Origin: Clostridia bacterium
GTDB lineage: Bacteria; Bacillota; Clostridia; TANB77; CAG-508
DNA length: 53,336 nt
Assembly (NCBI GenBank): GCA_051891435.1
Contig: JBJFFE010000030.1
Coordinates: 1 to 53,336 of the forward strand
Direction: 5' to 3'
The translations under genes were made by a program, and so were the position numbers. This document shows positions 20,682 through 31,371 of the stretch, piece by piece. Numbering within the stretch: the stretch's first letter is position 1; every line of letters begins with the position of its first letter. The notes below the pieces were generated by a model. The model was not told the origin of the DNA. It saw nothing but the letters and a program-made list of their open reading frames with translations, and did not search any database.

Positions 20682-22175
20682 TTAGTTCAAAGGTTTCATT
20701 GTCGGGAAGAACAATATATCTCTAATAGATGCTGAGTCTGTTAATAGCATTATTAATCTATCTAAACCTATTCCCATTCCTCCTGTTGGTGGAAGTCCAA
20801 TTTCTAGTGCAGTTACAAAGTCTTCATCCATTCCTCCTGCTTCTTCATCGCCTTTTTGTTTTGCTTCTACTTGTTTCATAAATCTTTCATATTGGTCTAG
20901 TGGGTCGTTTAATTCTGAATATGCATTTCCATATTCACGTCCTCCAATAAATAATTCAAATCTTTCAACCAATGATGGGTCAGATGGTTTTCTTTTTGTA
21001 AGTGGTGATATTTCTACTGGATAGTCTATAATAAATGTTGGTTGAACTAAAGTATCTTCAACGTATTCTTCAAAGAAGGCATTTATTACGTGTCCTCTTG
21101 TTTGTTTTGTTTCTTCTAGTTCTATTCCTTTTTCTTTTGCTAAAGCTCTTGCTTCTTCATCTGTTTTGATTTCATTAAAGTCTATTCCTGTTACTTCTTT
21201 TATACTATCTATCATTGAAATTCTTTTCCATCCTGGTGTTAAGTCTATATCTACACTTTGGTATGTTATTTTTGTTGTTCCTAATACATTTTGTGCAATT
21301 GTTGATATTATTTTTTCTGCCATGTTCATCATGTCATTATAGTCTTCATATGCTGCATAGAATTCTATGTTTGTAAATTCAGGATTATGTTTTATATCCA
21401 TTCCTTCATTTCTAAAGTTTTTACCTATTTCATATACTTTATCAAATCCACCTACTATTAATCTTTTTAAGTTTAATTCTGGTGCTATTCTTAAGTACAT
21501 GTCCAAATTTAATGTGTTATGGTGTGTTATAAATGGTCTTGCTGCATCACCTGTTGCTACTGTTGTAAGCATTGGTGTTTCTACCTCTAGGTAACCTTCT
21601 TCTTCTAATATTCTTCTTAATTCTTTTATTATTTTACTTCTTTTTATAAATGTTTCTTTTACTTCTGGGTTTACTATTAAGTCTAAATATCTTTGTCTAT
21701 ATCTTAATTCTGTATCTTTTAGTCCATGGAATTTTTCTGGTAATGGTCTTAGTGATTTTGTAAGTAATACCATTTCTTTTGCATGAACTGATATTTCTCC
21801 TGTTTTTGTTTTAAATACAAATCCCGTTATTCCAACAATGTCTCCAATATCATATGTCTTAAATTCTTTGTAGTTTTCTTCTCCTAAATCATTTAAGCTA
21901 ACATAGCTTTGTATTTTCCCTTGCATATCTTGTATATGGCAAAATGATGCTTTCCCCATAATTCTTTTTGCAATCATTCTTCCTGCGATTGTTACATCTT
22001 TTCCTTCTAATTCATCATAGTTTTCTTTTATTTGCTCACTGTTATGTGTTCTATTATATTTTGTGATTTTGAAAGGATCTTTGCCCTGTTTTCGTAATTC
22101 CTCCAATTTTTCTTTTCTTATTGCTACTAAATGATTTTCATCTAGCATTTGTTCGTTGTTATTGTTTTGTTCCAT
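20682..22175 (-). CDS. lysS: lysine--tRNA ligase (class II)
   Basis: 497 aa. N-terminal OB anticodon-binding domain and a class II catalytic core (FRNEG, GGMGIGLDRL). Confidence 0.96.
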   Translation of the reverse strand: MEQNNNNEQMLDENHLVAIRKEKLEELRKQGKDPFKITKYNRTHNSEQIKENYDELEGKDVTIAGRMIAKRIMGKASFCHIQDMQGKIQSYVSLNDLGEENYKEFKTYDIGDIVGITGFVFKTKTGEISVHAKEMVLLTKSLRPLPEKFHGLKDTELRYRQRYLDLIVNPEVKETFIKRSKIIKELRRILEEEGYLEVETPMLTTVATGDAARPFITHHNTLNLDMYLRIAPELNLKRLIVGGFDKVYEIGKNFRNEGMDIKHNPEFTNIEFYAAYEDYNDMMNMAEKIISTIAQNVLGTTKITYQSVDIDLTPGWKRISMIDSIKEVTGIDFNEIKTDEEARALAKEKGIELEETKQTRGHVINAFFEEYVEDTLVQPTFIIDYPVEISPLTKRKPSDPSLVERFELFIGGREYGNAYSELNDPLDQYERFMKQVEAKQKGDEEAGGMDEDFVTALEIGLPPTGGMGIGLDRLIMLLTDSASIRDILFFPTMKPLN

Positions 22176-22401
22176 ATTATCAATCTCCCTTCAAATTTAT
22201 TGTGTTATTATATACTAAATTCAATAAAAAGTAAATAATTTTAAAGTTTTTTACTTATATTTATTTTTCCTCATTTTTCAACATTTTGTCATCTTTCTGT
22301 AATTTTCTGGCAATTTTGTTTGCTGTTTGTAATAAAGCTGTAATGTTTTTGTAATTTTTATGTATACCCTTGTAACTCATTTGTAATAATTCTTTTCTAC
22401 A

Positions 22402-22468
22402 TGTGGATACTGTGGATAACTCTGTGAATAACTTATTTTACTATATTATTTGTTTCTTATTATTCACA
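22402..22468. promoter_or_regulatory. cluster of four DnaA boxes
   Basis: TGTGGATAC (22402), TGTGGATAA (22411, a perfect complement of TTATCCACA), TGTGAATAA (22423) and an oppositely oriented TTATTCACA (22460). All lie in the 560-bp ORF-free region upstream of lysS. Confidence 0.6.
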
Positions 22469-22647
22469 TTTTGAACTTCTGTTTTGTTTATAATATTTTT
22501 TTACTTTTTATTTTTCAAAATTATGTGTACATTATTTTTGTTTGGTGTTTTTTTCAATTTTTGTTGATTTATAAATATCTTTGATGTTTTTATAAAAAAA
22601 ATGTTACATAACAAAATATTTTCTTGCTATGCAACATCCCGTTACAA

Positions 22648-22927
22648 TTATACTAAAAGAATTATAGCTCCTATTATTTCTAAAATTAAAATCATGGGGA
22701 ATCCTATATAAAATCTAGGTTTTTTAGTTTTATGCCTAAAAAAATACATTCCAGCTATTCCGACCTATTCCTCCACCTAGAACTACCAACATAAATAAAG
22801 TTTTCTCCTTTGTTCTCCATCTTCCTTTTTTTGCTTTATATTTATCTATTCCCATACTCAAAAAAGTTATAATATTTATAGCTATTAAATATATTATTAT
22901 ATTTTTCATTGTTAATATTTTTTCCAT
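22648..22927 (-). CDS. DUF1294 family membrane protein, interrupted by a +1 shift at an in-frame CGG (conventional annotation: frameshifted pseudogene)
   Basis: The zero frame gives ...LGGGIG-RNSWNVFF-stop. A +1 shift at the CGG (22760..22762) gives ...LGGGIG-GIAGMYFFRHKTKKPRFYIGFPMILILEIIGAIILLV. The total of 92 aa is typical DUF1294 length and includes the FRHKT motif. Confidence 0.75.
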
Positions 22928-23039
22928 TTTTGTCTCCTTCTTTCATTGATAAGTATATTATTTATGACACTTTTTGTCAATCGTATATTTTTTTGTTTTT
23001 TAGATAATAATTAATAATATAAAAACAAAGGAGGTTATC

Positions 23040-23468
23040 ATGGATAAAAATATTGAGGCTTTAAAGGAAATTTGTAAAGGCGTTAAAATGGGTATGGATT
23101 CTATTGAATATTTGCAAGACAAAGTCCAAACATCTAGACTTTCTGAATATTTAAGGCACGAATATAGTATGTATAACAATGTTTTAGATAAAGTTAATGA
23201 TGCTTTTTCCAATTATGGAGTAGAACCTAATGATTATAGTCTTGCTAATAAAGCTATGCTTTGGTATGGTATTCAAACTAATACTATTAAAGATAAGAGT
23301 GATTCTAAGATTTCTGAAATGTTAATGCAAGGTACAAATATGGGAATTATCGAAGGAAGAAGAATTTTAAATGCACATAATGATTTAGACACTGATGTTA
23401 AAAATTTAATAAACGATTTTGTAAGTTATCAAGAACAAAGTGTAGAAAAATTAAAAAAGTTTTTATAG
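23040..23468 (+). CDS. hypothetical helical protein (142 aa)
   Basis: ORF with SD AAGGAGG 7 nt upstream of the ATG. Predicted all-helical. I cannot assign a family with confidence. Confidence 0.6.
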   Translation: MDKNIEALKEICKGVKMGMDSIEYLQDKVQTSRLSEYLRHEYSMYNNVLDKVNDAFSNYGVEPNDYSLANKAMLWYGIQTNTIKDKSDSKISEMLMQGTNMGIIEGRRILNAHNDLDTDVKNLINDFVSYQEQSVEKLKKFL

Positions 23469-23539
23469 TTTACTATCTCATTTTTTTATGCTATACTTAT
23501 CATTGAAACAAAACAATTTGAAAGGGGAGGTACCTTTTT

Positions 23540-23695
23540 ATGGACAAGATGATTTTTTGCATTGTGATTATTGGTGCAATTTCTTTGGTTTCCTTTTTGC
23601 AAGTTTCGCTTGCTATCCACCTGTGGAAAAAATTTCGGGCGGAGGAAACCAAAAATCAAGTAAACCCTCCCAGCAACGAGGAGGAGCCCGAATAG
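23540..23695 (+). CDS. candidate small membrane protein (51 aa), tentative
   Basis: SD AGGGGAGG lies 9 nt upstream of the ATG. Product MDKMIFCIVIIGAISLVSFLQVSLAIHLWKKFRAEETKNQVNPPSNEEEPE has one TM helix and an acidic tail. GC content is unusually high. Followed by terminator 23680..23703. It contains an in-frame CGG at 23636. Confidence 0.3.
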   Translation: MDKMIFCIVIIGAISLVSFLQVSLAIHLWKKFRAEETKNQVNPPSNEEEPE

Positions 23696-23708
23696 GCTCC
23701 TCCTTTTA
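23680..23708 (+). terminator. rho-independent terminator (between convergent genes)
   Basis: Hairpin GGAGGAGCC-CGAATA-GGCTCCTCC followed by TTTT. Confidence 0.7.
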
Positions 23709-23714
23709 TATATA

Positions 23715-24488
23715 CTATTTTAAATATAATGCTGGATCTACATATTCTCCATCTTTTAACATTTCAAAATGTAAATGTGGTTCATCTGCAATTTCAAATA
23801 CTGCTGAATTTCCTATTGTCCCAATACTTTGTCCCTTTTCTACTTTTTCATCTTCTGATACAAATTCTGTAGTTAACAAGTTTGAATATATCGTTTTAAA
23901 TCCATTTTCATGTTCTATTATCACTGTCAAACCATATCTTGGATCATTTTTTATTGCAACTACAGTTCCATCTTCTGCAGCTTTTACGACTGTTGTTCTA
24001 TCTGCTTTGATATCAATTCCTTGGTGGATTGTCCATTCTTCTAGTGTTTCAGAATATATTAAATTTTCTACTGAAAATTCTCTTGATATTTCTCCCTCTA
24101 CAGGATATGCAAATACTAATTCTTTTTTAGGTTCTGGTTTTTGCTCCTCTTCTTTATCTATTACTGTTGTTGTTTCCTTTTCTTCAGTAGTAGTTGCATT
24201 TACTGTATTTGTGTTTTCTATAGTATTATTCATATTTTCTTGTACTTGTTCAATACTTTTACTTAAATCTGAACTTGCGCTTTCAGTTTCACCTTCTTTA
24301 TCTTCTGTGGTATTTGGGACTAATCCTATTATTTGTTCTGTAGATAACATACTCTTTGATATGTCATCTAATTTTTTATTATAAACTCTATATAATATTA
24401 CCAGTGTTATTGCCAGTATAATAGCTACTGCTCCTGTAATATAAAAGAATTTATAACTTTTGTTTCTCATTCTCGTTTGCCTTCTCAA
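23715..24488 (-). CDS. spoIIQ: M23/LytM-domain membrane protein, SpoIIQ-like
   Basis: N-terminal TM segment, an acidic linker and a C-terminal LytM domain with intact HxxxD (HQGIDI) and HxH (HLHFE) motifs. Lies immediately downstream of spoIID, as in Peptostreptococcaceae. TTG start preceded by AAGGAGG. Confidence 0.7.
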   Translation of the reverse strand: MRRQTRMRNKSYKFFYITGAVAIILAITLVILYRVYNKKLDDISKSMLSTEQIIGLVPNTTEDKEGETESASSDLSKSIEQVQENMNNTIENTNTVNATTTEEKETTTVIDKEEEQKPEPKKELVFAYPVEGEISREFSVENLIYSETLEEWTIHQGIDIKADRTTVVKAAEDGTVVAIKNDPRYGLTVIIEHENGFKTIYSNLLTTEFVSEDEKVEKGQSIGTIGNSAVFEIADEPHLHFEMLKDGEYVDPALYLK

Positions 24489-24550
24489 AGTTATCGTGCC
24501 TCCTTATTTTTATCTTTAGTTAAATTATTTCCATTTTTTATTACTTTATT

Positions 24551-25531
24551 CTATACATCTTTAATTTCTACACCTGTATAATAATGTTTTATTATTTCTT
24601 CATAATTATTTCCTAATTTTGCCATACTATCAGCACCTGTTTGGCTCATACCAACTCCATGTCCATATCCTAAAACTTTGAAAATTATATTATTTCCTTC
24701 TATTACCACACTAAACATAGCAGACTTTAACCCAAATATTGTTCTAGCTTCTACACCAGATATTTCTATGTTTCCAAATTTAATACTTTTAATTCTTCCA
24801 CTTTCTGTATTTTCTAAGATTTTTATTGAATCTTCTGTTGAAAAATCTATTTGTATATCTGAATGATATTCTTTTAATTTTTGTATTAATTCATCTTTTG
24901 TTAGAGTAACTTCTGAACTATATTGTGTGTATGCATCCTCTCCAGATGTTGTAACTACTTGTAAATACGGATAATTTGTACCTCCCCACACATTAGTTGC
25001 AGTTTCCGTAGTTCCTCCACTATTAGAATGGAAAAAAGCATTTATTGGTTCTCCTTCGTATGTAATTATCTTTCCTTTTGTTTCCTCTACCGCCGATACA
25101 ATTTTTTGCCAATTTGTTTCTCTTTCGTTTTCGTTCCAGCTTTCAAATCTTTTTTCTTTAGAAATCCACGCTTGACAACAACTTGCCGAATCGCATATAT
25201 CTGCTTCTTCATGCTTACTACCATTTACAATTTTATAAATTGTATATGTTCTTGCAACTGTAGCTTGTGCTTTTAGTGCCTCCATTTCAAAACTTGCAGG
25301 CATTTCAGCCGAAACCACTCCATATAAATATTCATCTAAACCAATTTCTTCTATTTTTCCTGTTTCTTGGTGTAAAAGTTTTATAGTGCTATATTGTTTA
25401 TAATCATATTCTTGTTTTTGCTCTGGCACTTCTGCAATTACCTCCTGACTATTATATTGTTTAGTAAATATTATTGGTATTGCAAAACATATGAGAACAA
25501 ATATTAAAATTAATAATATTAGTTTTTTCAT
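24551..25531 (-). CDS. spoIID: stage II sporulation protein D (lytic transglycosylase)
   Basis: 326 aa. N-terminal TM/signal segment and SpoIID/LytB domain motifs (EALKAQATVARTY, FHSNSGGTTE, GHGVGMSQ). Confidence 0.9.
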   Translation of the reverse strand: MKKLILLILIFVLICFAIPIIFTKQYNSQEVIAEVPEQKQEYDYKQYSTIKLLHQETGKIEEIGLDEYLYGVVSAEMPASFEMEALKAQATVARTYTIYKIVNGSKHEEADICDSASCCQAWISKEKRFESWNENERETNWQKIVSAVEETKGKIITYEGEPINAFFHSNSGGTTETATNVWGGTNYPYLQVVTTSGEDAYTQYSSEVTLTKDELIQKLKEYHSDIQIDFSTEDSIKILENTESGRIKSIKFGNIEISGVEARTIFGLKSAMFSVVIEGNNIIFKVLGYGHGVGMSQTGADSMAKLGNNYEEIIKHYYTGVEIKDV

Positions 25532-25557
25532 ATTTCCCCTCTTTTTATTTACAAAAA

Positions 25558-25757
25558 TTTTATATATAAATATAATTTTTGATGTCGACGTTAGATATGG
25601 AGTGAGAAATAGAAATTGTTATATAAAAAAATGAGGGATGTTCATGGGCAAAAGCTTTAGCTTTTGAGCCTGAATGAAAGAGGCTCATTTTTTTATATTA
25701 CACTTTCTTTTCGAACGTATTGATAAGGAGACGAAAAAATTATATTTATATATAAAA
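25558..25757. repeat. ~200-bp palindromic intergenic element (family D)
   Basis: Terminal inverted repeats TTTTATATATAAATATAATTTTT ... AAAAAATTATATTTATATATAAAA enclose a GC-richer core that has its own internal hairpin (GAGCCTGAATGAAAGAGGCTC). Confidence 0.6.
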
Positions 25758-25786
25758 AGTCCGCAAATTATAATTTATAGTAATAA

Positions 25787-26506
25787 TCAAACTGCAATTT
25801 TTTTACGCATTTCTAATAAAACTTTCTTCTCTATTCTAGATACTTGAACCTGTGATATTCCTAAAGTTTTTGCCACTTCTGTTTGAGTTTTTTCCTTAAA
25901 ATATCTTAGAACTATTATTTGTTGTTCTCTAGAATCTAATTCTTTTATTAATTTTTTTATTGTTATTTTATTTATTAAATCTCCTACATCATCCTTATTA
26001 TTGCTTATTTTAGATATTTTACTTTCTTTTTCTTCTCCCTCATACGCATACTCATCTATTGAATCTATTGGTTTTGTTGCATCTAATGCTACAGCAATAT
26101 CCTCAGTACTTACATTTAAAATTCGTGCAATTTCAGATATTTTTATATCTTTCCCATTTTTTATAAGATAATCTCTTTGTACCTCTCTTATTTTCGCACC
26201 TAGTTCTTTTATGCTTCTACTTATCTTTATCGGTCCATCATCTCTTAAAAATCTTTTAATTTCACCCATTATATAAGGCACAGCAAATGTTGAAATTTTA
26301 ACCTCAAAGCTTGTATCAAATCTTTGTACCGCTTTTATTAAGCCTATGCATCCAATCTGATATAATTCTTCTTTTGAATATCCTCTTCCTAAAAATCTAT
26401 TTACTATACTCCATATTAATCCAGAATTATTTAGTACTATTTTATTCATTGCTTCCTCTGACTTGTTTTGTGCCTCAATAATGTCTTTTGTATTTGTTTC
26501 GTACAT
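25787..26506 (-). CDS. sigF: RNA polymerase sporulation sigma factor F
   Basis: 239 aa sigma-70 family protein (regions 2-4). Third gene of the spoIIAA-spoIIAB-sigF arrangement. Confidence 0.93.
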   Translation of the reverse strand: MYETNTKDIIEAQNKSEEAMNKIVLNNSGLIWSIVNRFLGRGYSKEELYQIGCIGLIKAVQRFDTSFEVKISTFAVPYIMGEIKRFLRDDGPIKISRSIKELGAKIREVQRDYLIKNGKDIKISEIARILNVSTEDIAVALDATKPIDSIDEYAYEGEEKESKISKISNNKDDVGDLINKITIKKLIKELDSREQQIIVLRYFKEKTQTEVAKTLGISQVQVSRIEKKVLLEMRKKIAV

Positions 26507-26516
26507 GCTTTCTCCT

Positions 26517-26948
26517 TTAGTTTCTTATTATCTTTTTCATAAAAACTGTTGTTCCTTTTCCTAATGTAGATTCCACACGCATTTCATCCATAAAACTTTC
26601 CATTATTGTAAATCCCATTCCAGACCTTTCAAGCTCGGGTTTACTCGTATATAATGGTTCTCTTGCTTTTTCTATATTTTCAATTCCTTTACCATTATCT
26701 ATTATTTCCATTTCAACTACATTTTCTTTTATTCTTGCCTTTATTGTAACTATTCCTTTATTTTCTTCGTATCCATGTATTATTGAATTAGTAACCGCTT
26801 CTGATATAGCTGTTTTGATGTCTGAAATTTCCTCTATTGTAGGATCTAACGGAGCCACAAAGCTTGCAACCGCAATTCTTGCAAAAGCCTCATTATTTGG
26901 ATTGCTCATAAATTCTATTTGCATTTCATTATCATATTTTTCTTCCAC
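26517..26948 (-). CDS. spoIIAB: anti-sigma F factor (Ser kinase)
   Basis: 143 aa HATPase_c-type kinase (N-box [11 protein letters not shown]-boxes DNGKGI and GMGF). Confidence 0.93.
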   Translation of the reverse strand: MEEKYDNEMQIEFMSNPNNEAFARIAVASFVAPLDPTIEEISDIKTAISEAVTNSIIHGYEENKGIVTIKARIKENVVEMEIIDNGKGIENIEKAREPLYTSKPELERSGMGFTIMESFMDEMRVESTLGKGTTVFMKKIIRN

Positions 26949-26959
26949 TTATTTTCCTC

Positions 26960-27271
26960 CTAATCCTCTGTTATTGGTATTATTTTTAAAACACCAGACA
27001 TTTCTAATACTTTTTTTATTTCAGGTCTAACATTACTTAAATTAAGTGTCCCTCCTACTAATTTTGCAGTTTTATATCTTCCTAAAATCATTCCAATACC
27101 TGCACTATCCATAAAAGACACATTACCGAAATCCATTACAATTTTTTGTGGCATATATTTTTGAATCTCAAAATCAGCCTTATTCCTAATTTTCTCTGCC
27201 ATGCAATGATCAATTTCTTCGGTAATTTGTAGTTTTAATAGCTTATTTTCATTATCATATGTAACCTTCAT
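26960..27271 (-). CDS. spoIIAA: anti-sigma F factor antagonist (STAS domain)
   Basis: 103 aa STAS protein with the phosphorylatable FMDSAGIG motif. Confidence 0.92.
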   Translation of the reverse strand: MKVTYDNENKLLKLQITEEIDHCMAEKIRNKADFEIQKYMPQKIVMDFGNVSFMDSAGIGMILGRYKTAKLVGGTLNLSNVRPEIKKVLEMSGVLKIIPITED

Positions 27272-27457
27272 ATTTTCCTCCTTATAAATTGTTTTTTATT
27301 GAATTTATTCATTAGTTATGGGCGAGTACTTTTCGCCCATATCTTTTTATAATCTTCTTTTATTGTCTTTATTATTATTCTATTTTTTAAATACTTTTCC
27401 TTTGTTGAAAAATAGGAGGTTTTAGCGAAAAAAATAGAGTAGTCATAATCTACTACT

Positions 27458-27586
27458 CTATTTTTTTCTAATAACTTCCACGCCATCTTTTTTTATTTTA
27501 TTGCTTTCTTTTCTTTTATCTTTTCTAACTGCCTTATCTGTTTTTCTTCTATCCTCAAACATTTGCCCGTTTTTGTCTATTATCAT
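27458..27586 (-). CDS. candidate small basic protein (42 aa), tentative
   Basis: ATG preceded by GAGGTGA (6-nt spacing). Product MIIDKNGQMFEDRRKTDKAVRKDKRKESNKIKKDGVEVIRKK. The stop codon lies inside a 10-bp-stem terminator hairpin (27436..27466) that is followed by a T-run. Confidence 0.3.
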   Translation of the reverse strand: MIIDKNGQMFEDRRKTDKAVRKDKRKESNKIKKDGVEVIRKK

Positions 27587-27664
27587 TAGTATCACCTCAT
27601 TTTATTTATTATAATATGAGTATAACAGAAAATATTAAAGATAGTCAAGATTTAAGCAATAATT

Positions 27665-29696
<2,032 letters not shown>

Positions 29697-29704
29697 TTAA
29701 ATTA

Positions 29705-29731
29705 TTAGCAGTCTATTTTAACGACTGCTAA
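29705..29731. promoter_or_regulatory. CIRCE operator (HrcA binding site) of the groESL operon
   Basis: TTAGCAGTC-N9-GACTGCTAA inverted repeat lies 30 nt upstream of groES. A TTGACA -35 element (29756..29761, minus strand) and a TATAAA -10-like element lie just upstream. Confidence 0.85.
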
Positions 29732-29780
29732 TAATTTATACCTATTTATATTAAATGTCAATAGTTTTTGAAAAATTTTT

Positions 29781-30188
29781 TTATTTTCTATTAACTCCAA
29801 TTATTCCTCCAACTGCACCAGCAACTACACTTGCTATAATCATAACGAAAGAATATATATTTAATGCAAAATTTTTACCAATTATACTGGATAGTAAGTA
29901 TATAGCAACAATATATACTAATCCTACTAATCCTCCATTTGTAAGTCCATTTTTCTTTATATTACTACTAGCAATTAAGCTTCCTACTAATATACTTATA
30001 GCTGTTACTATAATTATAACTACTGGCATTGTTTTCTCATTTATATTTGTATATGTAAGCAAACATGAATATATTAATAATAAAACTAATGTTAAAATAA
30101 TTGCTGTTATACTACCCTTTATAATTCTTGTTAAATTACTTGTTACTCCTTCTTGAGGAATTTCTTTCATTTTTACCATAATTATCAC
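29781..30188 (-). CDS. small polytopic membrane protein (TIGR04086/YrzE-like)
   Basis: 135 aa with four predicted TM helices and Gly-rich helix ends (AGAVGGIIG). The family assignment is from memory and not verified. Confidence 0.55.
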   Translation of the reverse strand: MIIMVKMKEIPQEGVTSNLTRIIKGSITAIILTLVLLLIYSCLLTYTNINEKTMPVVIIIVTAISILVGSLIASSNIKKNGLTNGGLVGLVYIVAIYLLSSIIGKNFALNIYSFVMIIASVVAGAVGGIIGVNRK

Positions 30189-30232
30189 CTAAATTTATTA
30201 TATTCAGGATATTTATTTATAGAACAGAAACT

Positions 30233-30300
30233 AAAGTGGAACTCGAGAAGATTCTTTTTCCCAAAGAATTGGGACAAGTGTTTTCCTCGAGTTCCACTTT
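30233..30300. repeat. palindromic element / terminator hairpin (AAAGTGGAACTCGAG ... CTCGAGTTCCACTTT)
   Basis: 15-bp perfect inverted termini abut the stop codon of 30301..31140. The termini resemble the AAGTGGAATCG / CGATTCCACTT arms near tRNA-Phe (50069..50172). Confidence 0.6.
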
Positions 30301-31140
30301 TTATATCAATTCAATTATTATTCCCGCAATTACTCCTATTGCATATAATATTGAAACTATTTTTATATTTTCTTTTAAATTTTTATTCACTTTAAATAAC
30401 ACTATTATTCCAAGTCCTGAATTTACTAATAGTCCTCCTATTAATGTGCCAATTCCTATTACATTGCTTACAAATAGTTCTGTTAGTATTACAGATGATG
30501 CACAGTTTGGTATAAGTCCTATTATTCCAGCTAAAATTGGGCCAAGTATTGGTTTATTTAAAATTAAAGTTGATAATCTTTCTTCTCCAATTATAAATAA
30601 TAGCATATTTAGTATTAATGAAACTACTAAAATAAATATGAATATTTGAATCGTATGTTTTATTGAAGATTTTATTATTCCTTCTTCACAGTGGCAGTGT
30701 TCATGCTCACATAAATTATGTATGCTGTGCTTTTCTTCATTTTTTTTAGTTTTCCTATAAATAAAATCTATAACTAGTCCCACCATAATACCAATTAAAA
30801 TTTTGATAACTAGTATGTTTAATATTAGTTTCAAATTTGTACCACTTGAGAAAAGTATTGGTAGCATTTCGTCTGATGTTGATAAGTATATTGCGATTAG
30901 TGTTCCAAGTGTTATTACTCTACCCGCGTAAAGATTAGTAGCAGATACCGAGAAACCACATTGTGGAACAGCACCTAATAGTCCTCCTATTATTGGTCCT
31001 AATCTTCCAGATTTTTTTATAATGTTTTTTGTCTTTTCACTTGTTTTATGTTCTAAGTATTCCATTAGTAAATATGTTATAAATAAAAATGGTAATATTT
31101 TTATGCTGTCTATTATTGCATCTAGAATAGCTTCTGTCAT
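30301..31140 (-). CDS. putative 10-TM metal exporter family membrane protein (ArsP_2-like)
   Basis: 279 aa. Two homologous 5-TM halves, each with a GxxPxCxxS motif (GAVPQCGFS, GLIPNCASS), separated by a His/Cys-rich loop HNLCEHEHCHCEEG. Confidence 0.6.
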   Translation of the reverse strand: MTEAILDAIIDSIKILPFLFITYLLMEYLEHKTSEKTKNIIKKSGRLGPIIGGLLGAVPQCGFSVSATNLYAGRVITLGTLIAIYLSTSDEMLPILFSSGTNLKLILNILVIKILIGIMVGLVIDFIYRKTKKNEEKHSIHNLCEHEHCHCEEGIIKSSIKHTIQIFIFILVVSLILNMLLFIIGEERLSTLILNKPILGPILAGIIGLIPNCASSVILTELFVSNVIGIGTLIGGLLVNSGLGIIVLFKVNKNLKENIKIVSILYAIGVIAGIIIELI

Positions 31141-31171
31141 GTTTTCTCCTTTCGGTTATTATACATCTCTA

Positions 31172-31291
31172 GTCAGCCTACCTTTTGTATGATTTTCTAA
31201 AAAATTAAATTCTCCAAGGCATACGCGGGTCTTCCCCCGTCTCAAAGGACTGTCAAATTTAATTTTTTATAAAATATACAAAACGGCTGAC
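31172..31291 (+). repeat. family B repeat, copy 2
   Basis: Near-identical to 2970..3089, with one G-to-A difference in the core. Confidence 0.85.
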
Positions 31292-31371
31292 ATTTTAAAT
31301 TTCTCACTACTAAAAAATATATAATCCCCTGCGTGAGACTACTCTACGTAAAATTTTAGAGTATAAAAATT

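Noticed and set aside
22402-22468. The DnaA-box cluster as the chromosomal origin
   Set aside because: No dnaA, dnaN or rpmH is nearby, there is no AT-rich unwinding element with DnaA-trios that I could recognise, and gene orientation does not switch here. I kept it only as a secondary DnaA-box cluster.
22176-22735. T-box or lysine riboswitch leader upstream of lysS (and similarly upstream of hisS at 10263..10370)
   Set aside because: I found no T-box core (AATTAGGGTGGTACCGCG-like) or L-box conserved segments on the minus strand. The hisS upstream gap is occupied by a family C repeat.
23488-24384. 298-aa plus-strand ORF
   Set aside because: It is antisense to the SpoIIQ-like M23 gene. The sequence is low-complexity and Ser/Phe-rich with no start context. 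It only becomes readable if the mini-ORF at 23540 is shifted twice.
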